Shown here in pieces: positions 1 through 10,544 of a stretch of DNA of 64,000 bases (positions are counted from its first letter, which is position 1; each line of letters starts with the position of its first letter). A program made the position numbers and the translations under genes. The stretch covers positions 960,001-1,024,000 of the forward strand of contig CAVTRY010000011.1 of NCBI GenBank assembly GCA_963737265.1. The letters run 5' to 3'. The notes under the pieces are model-generated. The model had not been told where the DNA came from and made no database searches. It was given only the letters and a program-made list of their open reading frames with translations. The stretch comes from an uncultured delta proteobacterium (GTDB taxonomy: Bacteria > Myxococcota_A > Polyangia > Fen-1088).

Positions 1-163
1 ACAGGGTGTCGAAGGCCAGCGACGATTTGCCCGAGCCCGAAACCCCCGTAAACACGACGAGCTGGCGCTTGGGAATGGCCAGCTCGTCGATATGCAGGTT
101 GTGCTCGCGCGCGCCCCGGACGACTACGAAATTGGGTTCTTCGGCGCTGCGCTCGTGTTTCAT
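1..163 (-). CDS. uvrA: Excinuclease ABC subunit A, 5' end (runs off window)
   Basis: Manual minus-strand translation from ATG at 163: [54 protein letters not shown], containing the UvrA GAREHNL and Walker [15 protein letters not shown] signatures. Confidence 0.95.
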   Translation of the reverse strand, partial: MKHERSAEEPNFVVVRGAREHNLHIDELAIPKRQLVVFTGVSGSGKSSLAFDTL

Positions 164-178
164 TCGGGCGCGGAAGGT

Positions 179-778
179 CTACTCGAAGAAATAGGCAATG
201 CCCAGGGTTCCGGTCACGAATTCGCCGCCGCCCTGCGGAGATCCGGAGCCCGTGATGGCCTGTCCACCAATCATAATATCGTCGCTGTTGCCAAAGGTTG
301 CACCAAGGCCGAGGTCAGCCAACAGCGCCACGTTGGGCACGATGAAAGCGCGAATCTGGCCACCAACCTCCAGGGACAGATCGAGTCGCGAATCGGAGGC
401 CGCCGTGCCGGGATTGGCGGTCCAACTGATAAAGCCCAAGCCGCCGCCAAGAGAAAAGTCGGCGAAGGAAGCCGCGTGCAGGTGGTACCAGAATCTGCCG
501 CCGATGGTGAAGCTGGTCGTGTCATTCCCGTTGGCCGCAGCGAAGCGATGGAGTCCTGTAAACCCATCAACGTGGAACCCGCCACCCGCGCTGCCCCAGG
601 TGAAAAGAGCGCCGCTGGTTCCGTTGAGCATGGTGACGGCACCGACGCCTATGCCGCGTCCGTGGGAAGACGGAGCCGGGCTGATGGCCGCGCTCGCCGT
701 GATTTGCGCTTGGGCAGGAGACGTGGTCAGGAATGCTGCGAGAAGGAAGATGCTGGTGGTGAGGAACAATCGACGCAT
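179..778 (-). CDS. Exported outer-membrane beta-barrel-like protein
   Basis: AAGGAGG RBS before ATG 778; signal peptide MRRLFLTTSIFLLAAFLTTSPAQA; amphipathic beta strands; aromatic C-terminus IAYFFE. Confidence 0.65.
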   Translation of the reverse strand: MRRLFLTTSIFLLAAFLTTSPAQAQITASAAISPAPSSHGRGIGVGAVTMLNGTSGALFTWGSAGGGFHVDGFTGLHRFAAANGNDTTSFTIGGRFWYHLHAASFADFSLGGGLGFISWTANPGTAASDSRLDLSLEVGGQIRAFIVPNVALLADLGLGATFGNSDDIMIGGQAITGSGSPQGGGEFVTGTLGIAYFFE

Positions 779-828
779 TTGGACACCTCCTTGGTGACGT
801 GGCGACGGTACTATAGTTAGCGGTTCCA

Positions 829-2358
829 ATGAAGCTCGGTCCTCGCGTCGCCGTTGTCACCACCCTGCTCATGGCTGCCGTGCTCGCGGCGGCCATGGGG
901 GCCATGCTCGTCGTGCTCCGCGCGGATCAGCTGCGCGACCTCGATCGCGAAGCGCGTTCCTTGGCCGATGCCATCACCACCGGCCTCGAGCCTCTTGCAC
1001 CCGAGAACGCCAGCGAGGCGCTGAGAAACCGCGTGGCCGCGCTGTCATCAACGGGCAGTGCGTTTCGCCTGGAGGCCGTGGCTTGGGGAGCCCAGCGTCC
1101 CAACAACTCGTGGGCCGGGCTGGTCGAGGAAGCCACCAAGCTGGACGCACCGGTTGGCCGCCTTTTCGATCTGAAGGGGATGCCGCCTTTTTATGCCATG
1201 GCGATTCCTCTGCACAACGCCCCGCCCGGCGAAACCACGCGCCAGTTGGTGGCCTTCCTGGGCCTGGTGCGCGACGGCGAATTCATCGGCCAGGAAGTTC
1301 TGTCGACGGCGGAACGCCTGGTGCCGCTGCTCATCGTCTTCGTGGTCACCTTCGCCGTCGCGGTGTACGTCATGCTCATGCGCCGGGTGGCCACGCCCCT
1401 GCGCCGCCTGGTCGAGGCCATCGACGGCGTTTCCAAGGGCGACATGTCGCGCGCGGTGCTGCCCGAGCGGGAGGATGAGATCGGCAGCCTGGCCGGCCGG
1501 TTCAACGACATGATGAACTTTCTGCGCGAGGCACGCGAAAAAGAAGCGCGCGCCACCGCGGCTCGCGTCGCCACCGAGGCACACCTACGTCGCGCGGAGA
1601 AATTGGCCACCGTCGGCCAAATGGCGGCGGAGATCGCGCACGAGGTGGGCACTCCGCTCAACGTGATTGGCGGCCGGGCCCGCTCGTTGGCTCGGCGGGT
1701 GGCCGAGCCCGCCGACGTGCAGAAGAACGCCGAAATCATCTCGACCCAAGTCGATCGCATCACCAAGATCATTCGCCAAGTTCTCGACTCTTCCCGCAAG
1801 AACCGACCGACGGCAAGCGAAGTCGACGTGCTGAAAACGGTGCGAGAAACCCTCGAATTTGTGGACGAGAGCCTTAAACAGCACCACGTCGATGTGGATG
1901 TTCGTTGCGAGCCAGAGCTGCGCCCCGTTCCCGGCAATCCCGACGAAATCCAGCAGGTCTGTCTGAATCTGATCGTGAACGCGATTCACGCCATGCCCGA
2001 AGGCGGACAGATCGTCATCAATCTCGAATACGTGATTCGTCGCAAGGAAGGCCTCGACCTGGCGCCGCCCTCGCCCTACCTGATGTTGGAGTTTTCGGAC
2101 ACCGGCCCCGGCGTGCCGCAGGCGGACCGGGCGCGCATCTTCGACGCGTTCTTCACCACCAAGGAGGCTGGCGAGGGCAGCGGCCTCGGCCTCCCAGTCA
2201 GCCACGGCATCGTCAAGGACCACGATGGGTGGATGGAGGTCGGAGACCGGCCGGGCGGCGGGGCGATCTTTCGCGTCTTCCTGCCCATTCCGTCCGAGGC
2301 ACCGTCCCATGACGACGCCAAATCGGGCGCCACGCCCTCGCCCGCAACGCACGCATAG
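829..2358 (+). CDS. Membrane sensor histidine kinase (2 TM, HAMP, HisKA, HATPase)
   Basis: H-box IAHEVGTPLNVI, N-box NLIVNAIHA, G1 DTGPGV, F-box FFTTK, G2 GSGLGL; HAMP EDEIGSLAGRFNDM. Confidence 0.95.
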   Translation: MKLGPRVAVVTTLLMAAVLAAAMGAMLVVLRADQLRDLDREARSLADAITTGLEPLAPENASEALRNRVAALSSTGSAFRLEAVAWGAQRPNNSWAGLVEEATKLDAPVGRLFDLKGMPPFYAMAIPLHNAPPGETTRQLVAFLGLVRDGEFIGQEVLSTAERLVPLLIVFVVTFAVAVYVMLMRRVATPLRRLVEAIDGVSKGDMSRAVLPEREDEIGSLAGRFNDMMNFLREAREKEARATAARVATEAHLRRAEKLATVGQMAAEIAHEVGTPLNVIGGRARSLARRVAEPADVQKNAEIISTQVDRITKIIRQVLDSSRKNRPTASEVDVLKTVRETLEFVDESLKQHHVDVDVRCEPELRPVPGNPDEIQQVCLNLIVNAIHAMPEGGQIVINLEYVIRRKEGLDLAPPSPYLMLEFSDTGPGVPQADRARIFDAFFTTKEAGEGSGLGLPVSHGIVKDHDGWMEVGDRPGGGAIFRVFLPIPSEAPSHDDAKSGATPSPATHA

Positions 2359-2384
2359 CGCGCCAAAACGGATAAGCTACGGCC

Positions 2385-4164
2385 ATGCCCAACCCGCCCA
2401 TCCGCTATCGCGTGGCGATGCCCGAGCCGCAAAGCCACGAATTCCACATCACGATGGAAATCCCGGCGCTGCCGGGACGGCAGGACATCGACGTCGTCTT
2501 TCCGGCTTGGGCTCCGGGAAGCTATCTCGTGCGCGACTTCTCCCGCCACATCTACGATTTGGAGATTGGAGGCGCGACACGCTCGAACGCGCATTCCCTG
2601 CCAACGCATCGACAAGGCGCGCTGGCGGCTGCGCGTCCTCGGTCGTGCGGTCACCATCCGCTATCGCGTGTTCGCCTTCGAAACCAGCGTGCGCACGTCG
2701 TTCCTGGACGACAGCCACGCCTTCTGGAACGGAACAAGCCTGTTTTTCTTCGTCGACGGCGAAAGCGAACGGCCGTGCGTGGTGACCGTCGAGCCGCCCG
2801 ACGACTGGCACATCAGCACCGCTTTGCCCGCGCTGCGCGGCCAGCGCAACACCTTCAGAGCCCGCGACTACGACGAGCTCGTGGACTCTCCCTTCGAGGT
2901 GGGGACGCACGAGCTGCTCGCTTTTCGCGTGGGCGGCGCGCGCTTCGAGGTTGCCTTGCAAGGGCGCACCAACGCGGACAAACGGCGTATTCTCACCGAT
3001 CTGCGCGCCATCACCCAAACCACGGGATCCATCTTCGGCGGCTTTCCTTTCGACCGTTACCTTTTCATCATCCACGCCCTGCCCCGCCGCGGTGGCGGAC
3101 TCGAACATGCGTGCTCGGCGACCCTCGACATCGCCGGGTTCTCCTTCGAGGATGAAAAGGCATACCAAGACTTCGACGAGCTCGCCGCGCATGAATTTCT
3201 TCACGCCTGGAATGTCAAACGCATCCGCGACCGCGACTTACGGCGCTTCGACTACAGCAAGGAAAACTACACCCGCCTGCTGTGGTTCCACGAAGGCTTC
3301 ACCGAGTATTTGCAAAAACTGATTCTGCTGCGCGCAGGCCTGCTTTCGGCCGAGCGCCATTTGAAGGATCTGGCCGAGGACTGGGGCCGCTACGTCGCGC
3401 GCCCCGGCCGCAACGTGACACCGCTTTCCGAGCTGTCCTACGAAGCCTGGATCAAGCAATACAAACCCGCCGACAACCACACCAACCGCATGGTGAGCTA
3501 CTACGACAAAGGGCGCTGGGCGGGCCTGGTGCTCGACCTTCTCCTGCGCTTTGCCACCAACGGACGCCTGGGCGTTCCCGATCTGTTTCGGCGCCTCTGG
3601 CTTCGTCACGGCGCGCGCGATCTTGCCATCGATGCATCCATCATCCGCAGCGAAGCCGAAGCCATCGCCGGCCGTTCTTTGGCGAGCTACTTCGGCCGAT
3701 TCATCGACGGCACGGCGGAATTGCCTGTGCCCCGGCTTCTGCGCGGCGCGGGCGTGCGGGTCGAGGCGCGCGCACTGGCGCTGCACGAAACCGCCGACGC
3801 CACCAAGGCGAGGCGCCTGCTCCCTTGGTGCGGGCTGGTATTTGCAACGACCGGCGATCGCGACGGTGCGGTGGTGAAGAACGTCGTGCCCGGCTCGCCG
3901 GCGTGGCAGGCGGGGATCACCTATGGCGACGAAGTGATCGCCGTCGATGGAACGCGCGTCGGCGCGACAACCGTCACCAAGCGCCTGGCCGACGGAGTGC
4001 CCGGGCAAGAGATCACGGCGAATCTCTTTCGCGGCGACCGGCTGATCGAAGTCAGGGTCCGGCTTGTCCGCAACCCCGAGCGCAAGTGGGTTTTCTCCGC
4101 CGCCCCCGAGGCATCGCCAAGAAAGAAACTCTTGCGCGGTCGATGGCTCGGAGTTACGGGCTAG
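2385..4164 (+). CDS. M61 family metallopeptidase with C-terminal PDZ; frameshift near 2565
   Basis: N-terminal PAWAPGSYLVRDFSR in ORF 2385; GGGLEH, HEFLHAWNVKRI, LWFHEGFTEY and PDZ SPAWQAGI..GDEVIAVDG in ORF 2566-4164; the halves are in different frames. Confidence 0.85.
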
Positions 4165-6463
4165 GAAACTCGTAGGCCCCGATATCGAATCCGTTGCCGG
4201 ACGGTCGTGGTTGGCCGTCGCCGTCGGTCGCAGGCGCGCCCGTCGCCGTTCCCCGATCGATGCAGGGCGAAGCAGCCGTGAGGTGAAGATCGATCGGATA
4301 GGTCACGAATTTTGGATCGCTCGAGATATTCTTCTCGGCGCCCGCGAGCAAGTTGACCTGTGCCGCCGTCAGAGCATCCGTGGCGGCGCGGCGATAGAGG
4401 ACCGCGGCGGTGTCCGAAGGCACCGCCAGAATTTGCGCGTGCAGATCGTTGTTTTCCACCAGGCGCGCGGTGGCGGTGGCGGACTCGACCACGCCGAAGC
4501 CGGTGGCGCAGGCGCCGGCCAAGATGATGTTGTTGCGCAGAATTCCCGCGGGCACGTTGTCGCCTGCCGCGCGGTCGATCGTCACACCTGTGCTCTGGCA
4601 ACTGCCCATTCCGGCCATGGGATCGATGTCGTTCGAATTCACGTCCGGCTCTGCCGAGCTCGGGCCAAGGAGGATGCTCAGCCCCGCGAAGGTCGACGAT
4701 GGGTTTGCGGCGATGCACTGGCCGCCGAAGATTCGGTTGTTTTGCACGCGGGCGGACGAGTCATCGAGGACGAGACCCGTCGTCGCGTCCGTTCCGCAGC
4801 CGCCGTTCACCAGGTTGCTGTCGACCAAGGCCCCGGCACCAGAAACCCTGAGCCCCACCACCTGCGCGCCCCTTCCGCCGGTGATGTTGTTGCCCGCAAC
4901 CCCAGCGCAGCTTCCGGGGTCGCACTGGACCGCGACCACGTTGGCGGTTCTTCCGGCGTTGCTGGTCACGCCCGCACCACCGCACAGCGTATTCGCGACG
5001 ATGGTCGACGGCGATGCCGAGGAATTGGTGACGACCACGGCGGACGAGTTGGCCGAGGGGTCGGCAGCGGTCGTCACTCCCCGGCGCCCGCGGATTCCGA
5101 GGCTGCCCCCCACCGCGCCGCAATCCGATTGGCAGATGCCTTGCGGATTGCCGTCGCAGTTGTTGCGCAGCACGACCCTGCCACCGTCGACGTGGACGCC
5201 GACGGCGGTGACCCGACCTTGGCCGCCGCCAATCGAGGATCCGATGATGGTGACTTGACCACCGCCGCCGACGTCGACCCCGTAGGTGGTGTCGGCAACT
5301 GGCGCGTCCGTAACGAAGATCGCGCTCAGGGTGATGTTCTGTCCACCGGCCACCTGCACCGCACTGACCGGTCCTGCCGTCGCCGAACCGTTTGGCGGCG
5401 AGAATCGCTGGATGGCGAATCCTCCAAGCTCGGTATGAGTCGTGATGCTTGGATCGAACACCACCCCAAGGGGCGAAGTCGCGAATTGAATCGCGGTGGT
5501 GGGCCCCGACCCGCCACAATAGATGAGTCCAGCGTCCGCGAAGGCATAGTTGCCATGCGCGAGAACTCCGTTGGCCATGGTCAGCCCTGCGGATACGGTG
5601 TACGTGAACGAGTCGGCGCACGTGGCACCGCCCGATACGCACAAGCGCCGGGCGACCCCACCGTCGGGCTGAGCGGCGAAATCGATTGCGGCCTGAAGGG
5701 TCGCGAAGGGATTGGCGGAGGTGCCGTCGGCTGTCGAGTCGTCTCCCGTGGGAGAGACCACCACGCAATCCGCGGTGCAGCCTTCGTCGGTCATCCCGTT
5801 GCAGTTGTCGTCGATGCCGTTGCAAATCTCGGCGACCGGCAGCACTTCGCTGCACGGCCCCCAAATTCCCGCCGCGCAGGTCTGCGTGCCGGCGTGGCAC
5901 GCGCCGACGAGCGGGTTGGCCAAGGAAACGCAGCTACGCATCTCGCCGTCCTGGCAGGGCGAAGAAGAGTCGGTATCTAACTCGTCTACGGCCGAAGCAT
6001 CGAGGACGATGACCACACCAGCCTCGGACGGCTCCGCCGTCGCCCCGTCAAGCGAGGCTGGCGCATCCCTGGCACCGTCCGGCGACACGTCAACATCGAA
6101 CGCACCATCCAGCTTCGCCGCGGAGCCGCCCTCGCCACCATCGCGTAGCGCTTGCGTATCACCTGTGCCCCCCGCCGAGCTGTCGAGCACTCCCCCGGCT
6201 TCTAGTGTCTGGCGACCTGCATCTCGGGATCCGGCGTTCGAGTCGGCCCCGTCGCCGCGCGATCCATCGCGAAGAAATGCGCCGACGTCTCCAGTCCTGG
6301 TGTCGCGGGCCGGACCGTCCGGCGACCCCGACGCGTCCTTGGACATGGACGCGTCGGGCGGGCTGGCAAGCTGAAGATAGGCCGGGTTGTGTTCGCGGCA
6401 GCCGCCCAGGAAAAGCCCAAGAAGAAGACCTGCGGTTGCGAGAGAAACGCGTGCGACTTTCAA
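4154..6463 (-). CDS. Large secreted lipoprotein: DAG-rich linker, Cys/Asp metal-binding repeat, beta-helix, choice-of-anchor-Q-like C-terminus
   Basis: Lipobox LFLGGC; EICNGIDDNCNGMTDEGC; DGTSANPFATLQAAI; C-terminal SPCIDRG...DGDGQPR...FDIGAYEF. Confidence 0.75.
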   Translation of the reverse strand: MKVARVSLATAGLLLGLFLGGCREHNPAYLQLASPPDASMSKDASGSPDGPARDTRTGDVGAFLRDGSRGDGADSNAGSRDAGRQTLEAGGVLDSSAGGTGDTQALRDGGEGGSAAKLDGAFDVDVSPDGARDAPASLDGATAEPSEAGVVIVLDASAVDELDTDSSSPCQDGEMRSCVSLANPLVGACHAGTQTCAAGIWGPCSEVLPVAEICNGIDDNCNGMTDEGCTADCVVVSPTGDDSTADGTSANPFATLQAAIDFAAQPDGGVARRLCVSGGATCADSFTYTVSAGLTMANGVLAHGNYAFADAGLIYCGGSGPTTAIQFATSPLGVVFDPSITTHTELGGFAIQRFSPPNGSATAGPVSAVQVAGGQNITLSAIFVTDAPVADTTYGVDVGGGGQVTIIGSSIGGGQGRVTAVGVHVDGGRVVLRNNCDGNPQGICQSDCGAVGGSLGIRGRRGVTTAADPSANSSAVVVTNSSASPSTIVANTLCGGAGVTSNAGRTANVVAVQCDPGSCAGVAGNNITGGRGAQVVGLRVSGAGALVDSNLVNGGCGTDATTGLVLDDSSARVQNNRIFGGQCIAANPSSTFAGLSILLGPSSAEPDVNSNDIDPMAGMGSCQSTGVTIDRAAGDNVPAGILRNNIILAGACATGFGVVESATATARLVENNDLHAQILAVPSDTAAVLYRRAATDALTAAQVNLLAGAEKNISSDPKFVTYPIDLHLTAASPCIDRGTATGAPATDGDGQPRPSGNGFDIGAYEFPSP

Positions 6464-6544
6464 GCTAGTCCTCCACCATCGGGTTGGCCGATTGTATCAG
6501 TTGTAGTGTCAACCGGGCTCGTTCCTTTGTAGAATGTTGCGTCT

Positions 6545-7603
6545 ATGCTGACCCCTTTGCTGGCTTCGCGGCGTTCGTGTCTGCTGTGCAGTCCGCTGTC
6601 CTTCCTGCGGTCTTGCCTCGGCGTGGTGATCCTTCTCGCGACTACCGGCGCGCCTTCCGCTCGCGCCGAACCTGAAGCCTCTGGCGCCCAACGCGTGGCC
6701 ATCGCTCGCCTCGACTTCGAGGGAAAGATCCCCGAGGGATTGCAGGATCTCTTCTCGCAACGTCTTGTTGAAGGATTGTCGGCGGCGCACTTCGAGGTCC
6801 TGCGCGGGGACGATGTTCGCCAAAAATTGTCCGGACGAGAATCCTCGCTGGTCGATTGTCGGGATGCGTCCTGCTATCCCGCCGTGGCCGCCGCGCTGGC
6901 GGCGAGCTACCTCATCACGGCACGCGTGGCGGAAAGCAACAAGACCTACACCATCGTCATGGAAATCATCAACGGCCGCACTGGCGGCGTGTTGGCCAGC
7001 AACCGCGAGAGCTGCGAGACCTGCGGCGCCGAAGAAGCCGGCGAGAAGATGGGCTTGGCGGCTTCGGCACTGCGCGATCGCCTTGAAGCCGTCGCGCGCG
7101 CGCCGGCCCGATTCGTCATCCGGTCGCATCCAGCGGGCGCGACGGTGGTGATGGACGACAAGCCTGTCGGTGTTACTCCGCTCGATGCCGATCTGACCGG
7201 CGGGGCGCACAGCATGCAGTTGCTGCTCGCGGGTTACGACGCGCTTTCGCGATCGTTCACCGTCGTGAGCGGCGTCGACGAGACCATGGACCTGTCGCTG
7301 GTGGGGATTCCATCCAAGTTTCCCTTCCGCACGGCGGGTTGGGCAAGCGCGGCCGGTGGCGTGGCGTTGCTTGTCGCCGGGATCCTGACCATGAGCCTCG
7401 ACAACAGTGAAATCGGCTGCTCGGCTCAGGAGCGGGACCTGAACGGCCACTGCCCGTGGGTGCGATCGACCAAATGGTGGGGGGCAACGATGATCGGCGC
7501 TGGCGCGGCCGCCACCACCGTCGGCGGATTCTTTCTGTATCTGGCCCCCCCCGCCGGTCGCACGATCATCGGCGCGAGCGCCGGATTTTCGCGCCCGTTC
7601 TGA
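6545..7603 (+). CDS. PEGA-domain exported/membrane protein
   Basis: IRSHPAGATVVMDDKPVGVTPL...GAHSMQLLLAGY PEGA motif; N-terminal signal; hydrophobic C-terminal segments. Confidence 0.8.
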   Translation: MLTPLLASRRSCLLCSPLSFLRSCLGVVILLATTGAPSARAEPEASGAQRVAIARLDFEGKIPEGLQDLFSQRLVEGLSAAHFEVLRGDDVRQKLSGRESSLVDCRDASCYPAVAAALAASYLITARVAESNKTYTIVMEIINGRTGGVLASNRESCETCGAEEAGEKMGLAASALRDRLEAVARAPARFVIRSHPAGATVVMDDKPVGVTPLDADLTGGAHSMQLLLAGYDALSRSFTVVSGVDETMDLSLVGIPSKFPFRTAGWASAAGGVALLVAGILTMSLDNSEIGCSAQERDLNGHCPWVRSTKWWGATMIGAGAAATTVGGFFLYLAPPAGRTIIGASAGFSRPF

Positions 7604-7784
7604 AGAACTGTCCAAAAATTGGACAGGTCATCAGCAGCCGAGCCAAGGGCTCGGCCGCAGGTGGGGTGAAGTCCGCGAATTTACTTCGCGGACGAGGGGA
7701 GGGCAGCGGCCCTCCCTTCAAAAATCTTCAAGACGGGTCCATTTATGGACACGTCTTGAGCGCAAGCGCTCGAAATCCGACGTT

Positions 7785-10070
7785 CTATTTTCCGAGACGC
7801 GCCTTCACCCGGTCGATCCGGGCCGCGATGCCGCTGTCGCGCGGTGACAAGGACAGCGCGCGTTGGTAGGCGGCCAGCGCCTCGTCGTAGCGCAAAAGCT
7901 TGAAGTACGCGTCGCCCACGTCTTGATGATAGCGGGGCACCTTCGGTTGCAGGCGAACCGCGCGTCTGGCGTAGTCAAGGGCATCCGCGTAGCGAGCGTT
8001 TTCGAAGTCGACCTCGGCGAGCCCTGCCACGGCGTCCGGATTCGTCGCGTCCGCCCGTATGGCGCGATCGAACGCCACTTGCGCGCGCACGAAGTCGCCA
8101 CGCGACAGCGCGCCGTGGCCTTCCGCGGCGGCCCTGGCTGACGCCGCGGGATCGCGGGGCGCGCCGTCCGCCTCCACGGTCTCGGCAGTCGACGTACCTT
8201 TCTTCCTGCTCGTTTTCGCGGGATCCGCAACCTGTGCCTGCTCCGCCGCGGCAGCCACGGGCAGCGGAACAGGGATTTCCTCGTCGCGGGTGCTTGCCCG
8301 ATCGCGCGACACGGGATCCTGGGGATCCATCTGTGAAACGATTTGGTAATAAAGACGGGCCTGGTCGCGTTTTCCACTGTCCCAGAAAATCTGCGCGCGC
8401 TTTCTGAATTCGTCGGCAAGCCGCGCGGTCTGGCGCCCCTCTTTGTCGCTGTCCAGCAGCCGTGCAAGGGAGATGCGAGCCTGGGAGAATTGCCCCCGAG
8501 TCAGTGCCGAAAACAGGTCCGCGGCTGCGCTCCGCGCGCTGTCATCGACCGTGTGGCGCTGGCCGGTGGAAGTCCCGCTCGCGCCTTCGGGATCTCTGTC
8601 CCCGGTCGAACGTGCCTCGGCCGCCAAACCCACCTTGGTGCGCAGATCGGGGTCCCCAGGCAAAAAGCGCAGTGCCTCGCGGTAGCGAACGGCGGCCAAG
8701 TCGTGCAGCTTCGCCTCCAGCAACGCATTGCCGAGACTGCGAAACTGGTTGCCGTACAGCCGCCTCAGAAGAGCGGCGCCGCCGGATGCCGTACCGAGCT
8801 TCTTGGCCTCGCTCTCCGCCTGCTCGATATAGTGCAGGGCCGAGTCGTCAGAGGGTTCGAGGAATTTCTCCGCTCCGGCGGCCACGCCAGCCTTGCGCAA
8901 CCAAGGCGCAACGGTTTCTGGCTCGTCGGTCTTGGTGACCTCGACGTAAACCGGCGTGTACGTCACGATCTCCTTCGGGCGGCGCAGGCCGAAGAAGAGG
9001 GCCAAGCCGAGGCCCACCACCGCGACAATCCCCAGCCCGAGGGCAAGTCGCCGCAGCCGCCGCGAGCGGGGCGACGGCATACCATTGGCCAGCTTTTTCC
9101 GCCAATCCTCGTCGACCGCGGGCAATTCCAAATCGTCCCACTCGGTTTGGATGCGGGTAGCGATCTGGGCATCGCAAAACATGGCCTCGATCACGGCCAT
9201 GTTTTGCGGCCGCTCGGCCGGATTCTTTGCCAACATCTGCAAGATCACGGTCTCGATCTCGGCCGGTATCTTCAACTCGGGCGCGCGCTGGCGCAGAGGT
9301 TGTGGCTTGTCCGTGACATGCTTCGTGATCGTGGTCATCAGATCCTCGTGCCAGAACGGACAGGATCCGGTCAGGATTTCGTAGGCCATGGCGCCGAGCG
9401 AGTAGATGTCGCTGCGGTGATCGTAGCCCTTACCACGGATGCGCTCGGGCGACAGATAGTCGGCCGTGCCCACGATTCGTTCCTCGGGCGCCGCGCCCTC
9501 GGGTGGAGAATCGGCGCTGATGAGCCCGGCAATACCGAAGTCCACCACCTTGACCATGCCACCACGCCTGCCCCCGGTTGCCAGCATGATGTTGTCCGGC
9601 TTGACGTCGAGATGGATAATGCCCTTCTCGTGGGCCGCGCCAAGGGCCTTGCACACCTGGCGCAGAATCGGAATCGCGCGCTCCGCGGCCACGGTCTTGT
9701 CCACGTCAAGCACACGGCGCAACGAGGGTCCGTCGATAAACTCCATCACGAAGAAGACCTGACCATCGGGCAGCTCGCCGAAGTCGGTCACGTCGCAGAT
9801 GAATGGATTGCCGATCTTCGAGGCCGCGCGCGCCTCCCGCCGGAATTGTTCGATCGCCTTGGGATCGCGGGCGCTGGCCGCCAGCAAGGTCTTGAGCGCT
9901 ACGCGCTTTTCCAGGTCAACGTGCTCCGCCTGATACACCGCCCCCATGGCACCGGCGCCAATGCGAGTGATGATGCGGTAGCGCGTCCCTGGGATGATCT
10001 CGCCCGGCGGCAAGGCCATCTTGGTGCTGCCAGTCGTGTAGCGATTGCGCTCTGCCGAAGGTCTTTCCAC
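7785..10070 (-). CDS. Hanks-type Ser/Thr protein kinase with TM helix and C-terminal TPR repeats
   Basis: IGAGAMGAVY, VALK, IHLDVKPDNI, VKVVDFGIA, GTADYLSPE, SDIYSLG; TM LALGLGIVAVVGLGLALFF; TPR-like helices at the end. Confidence 0.93.
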   Translation of the reverse strand: MERPSAERNRYTTGSTKMALPPGEIIPGTRYRIITRIGAGAMGAVYQAEHVDLEKRVALKTLLAASARDPKAIEQFRREARAASKIGNPFICDVTDFGELPDGQVFFVMEFIDGPSLRRVLDVDKTVAAERAIPILRQVCKALGAAHEKGIIHLDVKPDNIMLATGGRRGGMVKVVDFGIAGLISADSPPEGAAPEERIVGTADYLSPERIRGKGYDHRSDIYSLGAMAYEILTGSCPFWHEDLMTTITKHVTDKPQPLRQRAPELKIPAEIETVILQMLAKNPAERPQNMAVIEAMFCDAQIATRIQTEWDDLELPAVDEDWRKKLANGMPSPRSRRLRRLALGLGIVAVVGLGLALFFGLRRPKEIVTYTPVYVEVTKTDEPETVAPWLRKAGVAAGAEKFLEPSDDSALHYIEQAESEAKKLGTASGGAALLRRLYGNQFRSLGNALLEAKLHDLAAVRYREALRFLPGDPDLRTKVGLAAEARSTGDRDPEGASGTSTGQRHTVDDSARSAAADLFSALTRGQFSQARISLARLLDSDKEGRQTARLADEFRKRAQIFWDSGKRDQARLYYQIVSQMDPQDPVSRDRASTRDEEIPVPLPVAAAAEQAQVADPAKTSRKKGTSTAETVEADGAPRDPAASARAAAEGHGALSRGDFVRAQVAFDRAIRADATNPDAVAGLAEVDFENARYADALDYARRAVRLQPKVPRYHQDVGDAYFKLLRYDEALAAYQRALSLSPRDSGIAARIDRVKARLGK

Positions 10071-10169
10071 GTCGGGTCCCGGTTACGATCGGCAACCGAA
10101 TTTCGTTCCGGTGCCGAACGGCATGTTATCACGCTGTGAGATGGAGCGGACCTGTGGCATTTTCTCGCC

Positions 10170-10529
10170 ATGCCCGCCCCAACCAGTCCCCGCAAGAAGT
10201 CCCTGATGCCGTCTTCCCCGCTGCGCCGCCGCATGCGGGGGCTTGGGCATGCCCTGCCGCCCGTGGTCCAGATCGGCAAGCAAGGCGTCACCCCGTCGGT
10301 CGTCGCGCAGGTTGCGCACGCCCTGCTCGATCACGAGCTCATCAAGGTGAAGCTCGGAGCGGAGAGCCCCGCGACGCGTTTCGAAGTCGCCGAGCGACTG
10401 GGGGATGAATCCGGCGTGAAGGTAGTTCAAATCCTTGGGCGCACCGTCCTTTTGTATAAGCGCAATCCCAAGAAACTGAAGATCGAGCCCGACAAGAAAC
10501 GGCCCGAAAGCCGACCGACCCGGCGCTAG
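10170..10529 (+). CDS. yhbY: YhbY/CRM-domain RNA-binding protein
   Basis: GHALPPVVQIGKQGVT, ALLDHELIKVK, VVQILGRTVLLYK. Confidence 0.92.
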   Translation: MPAPTSPRKKSLMPSSPLRRRMRGLGHALPPVVQIGKQGVTPSVVAQVAHALLDHELIKVKLGAESPATRFEVAERLGDESGVKVVQILGRTVLLYKRNPKKLKIEPDKKRPESRPTRR

Positions 10530-10544
10530 AATATCCGACCTACC

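Noticed and set aside
4064-5980. Long alternative ORFs (e.g. 4064-5980, 8343-10139, 15046-16617, 21477-23294, 56424-58481)
   Set aside because: Antisense or off-frame shadows of well-supported genes, expected in high-GC DNA
7785-10070. Kinase as the T6SS PpkA ortholog
   Set aside because: Separated from the operon by housekeeping genes, has a TPR rather than PpkA-type periplasmic region, and no PppA phosphatase is nearby; link unsupported
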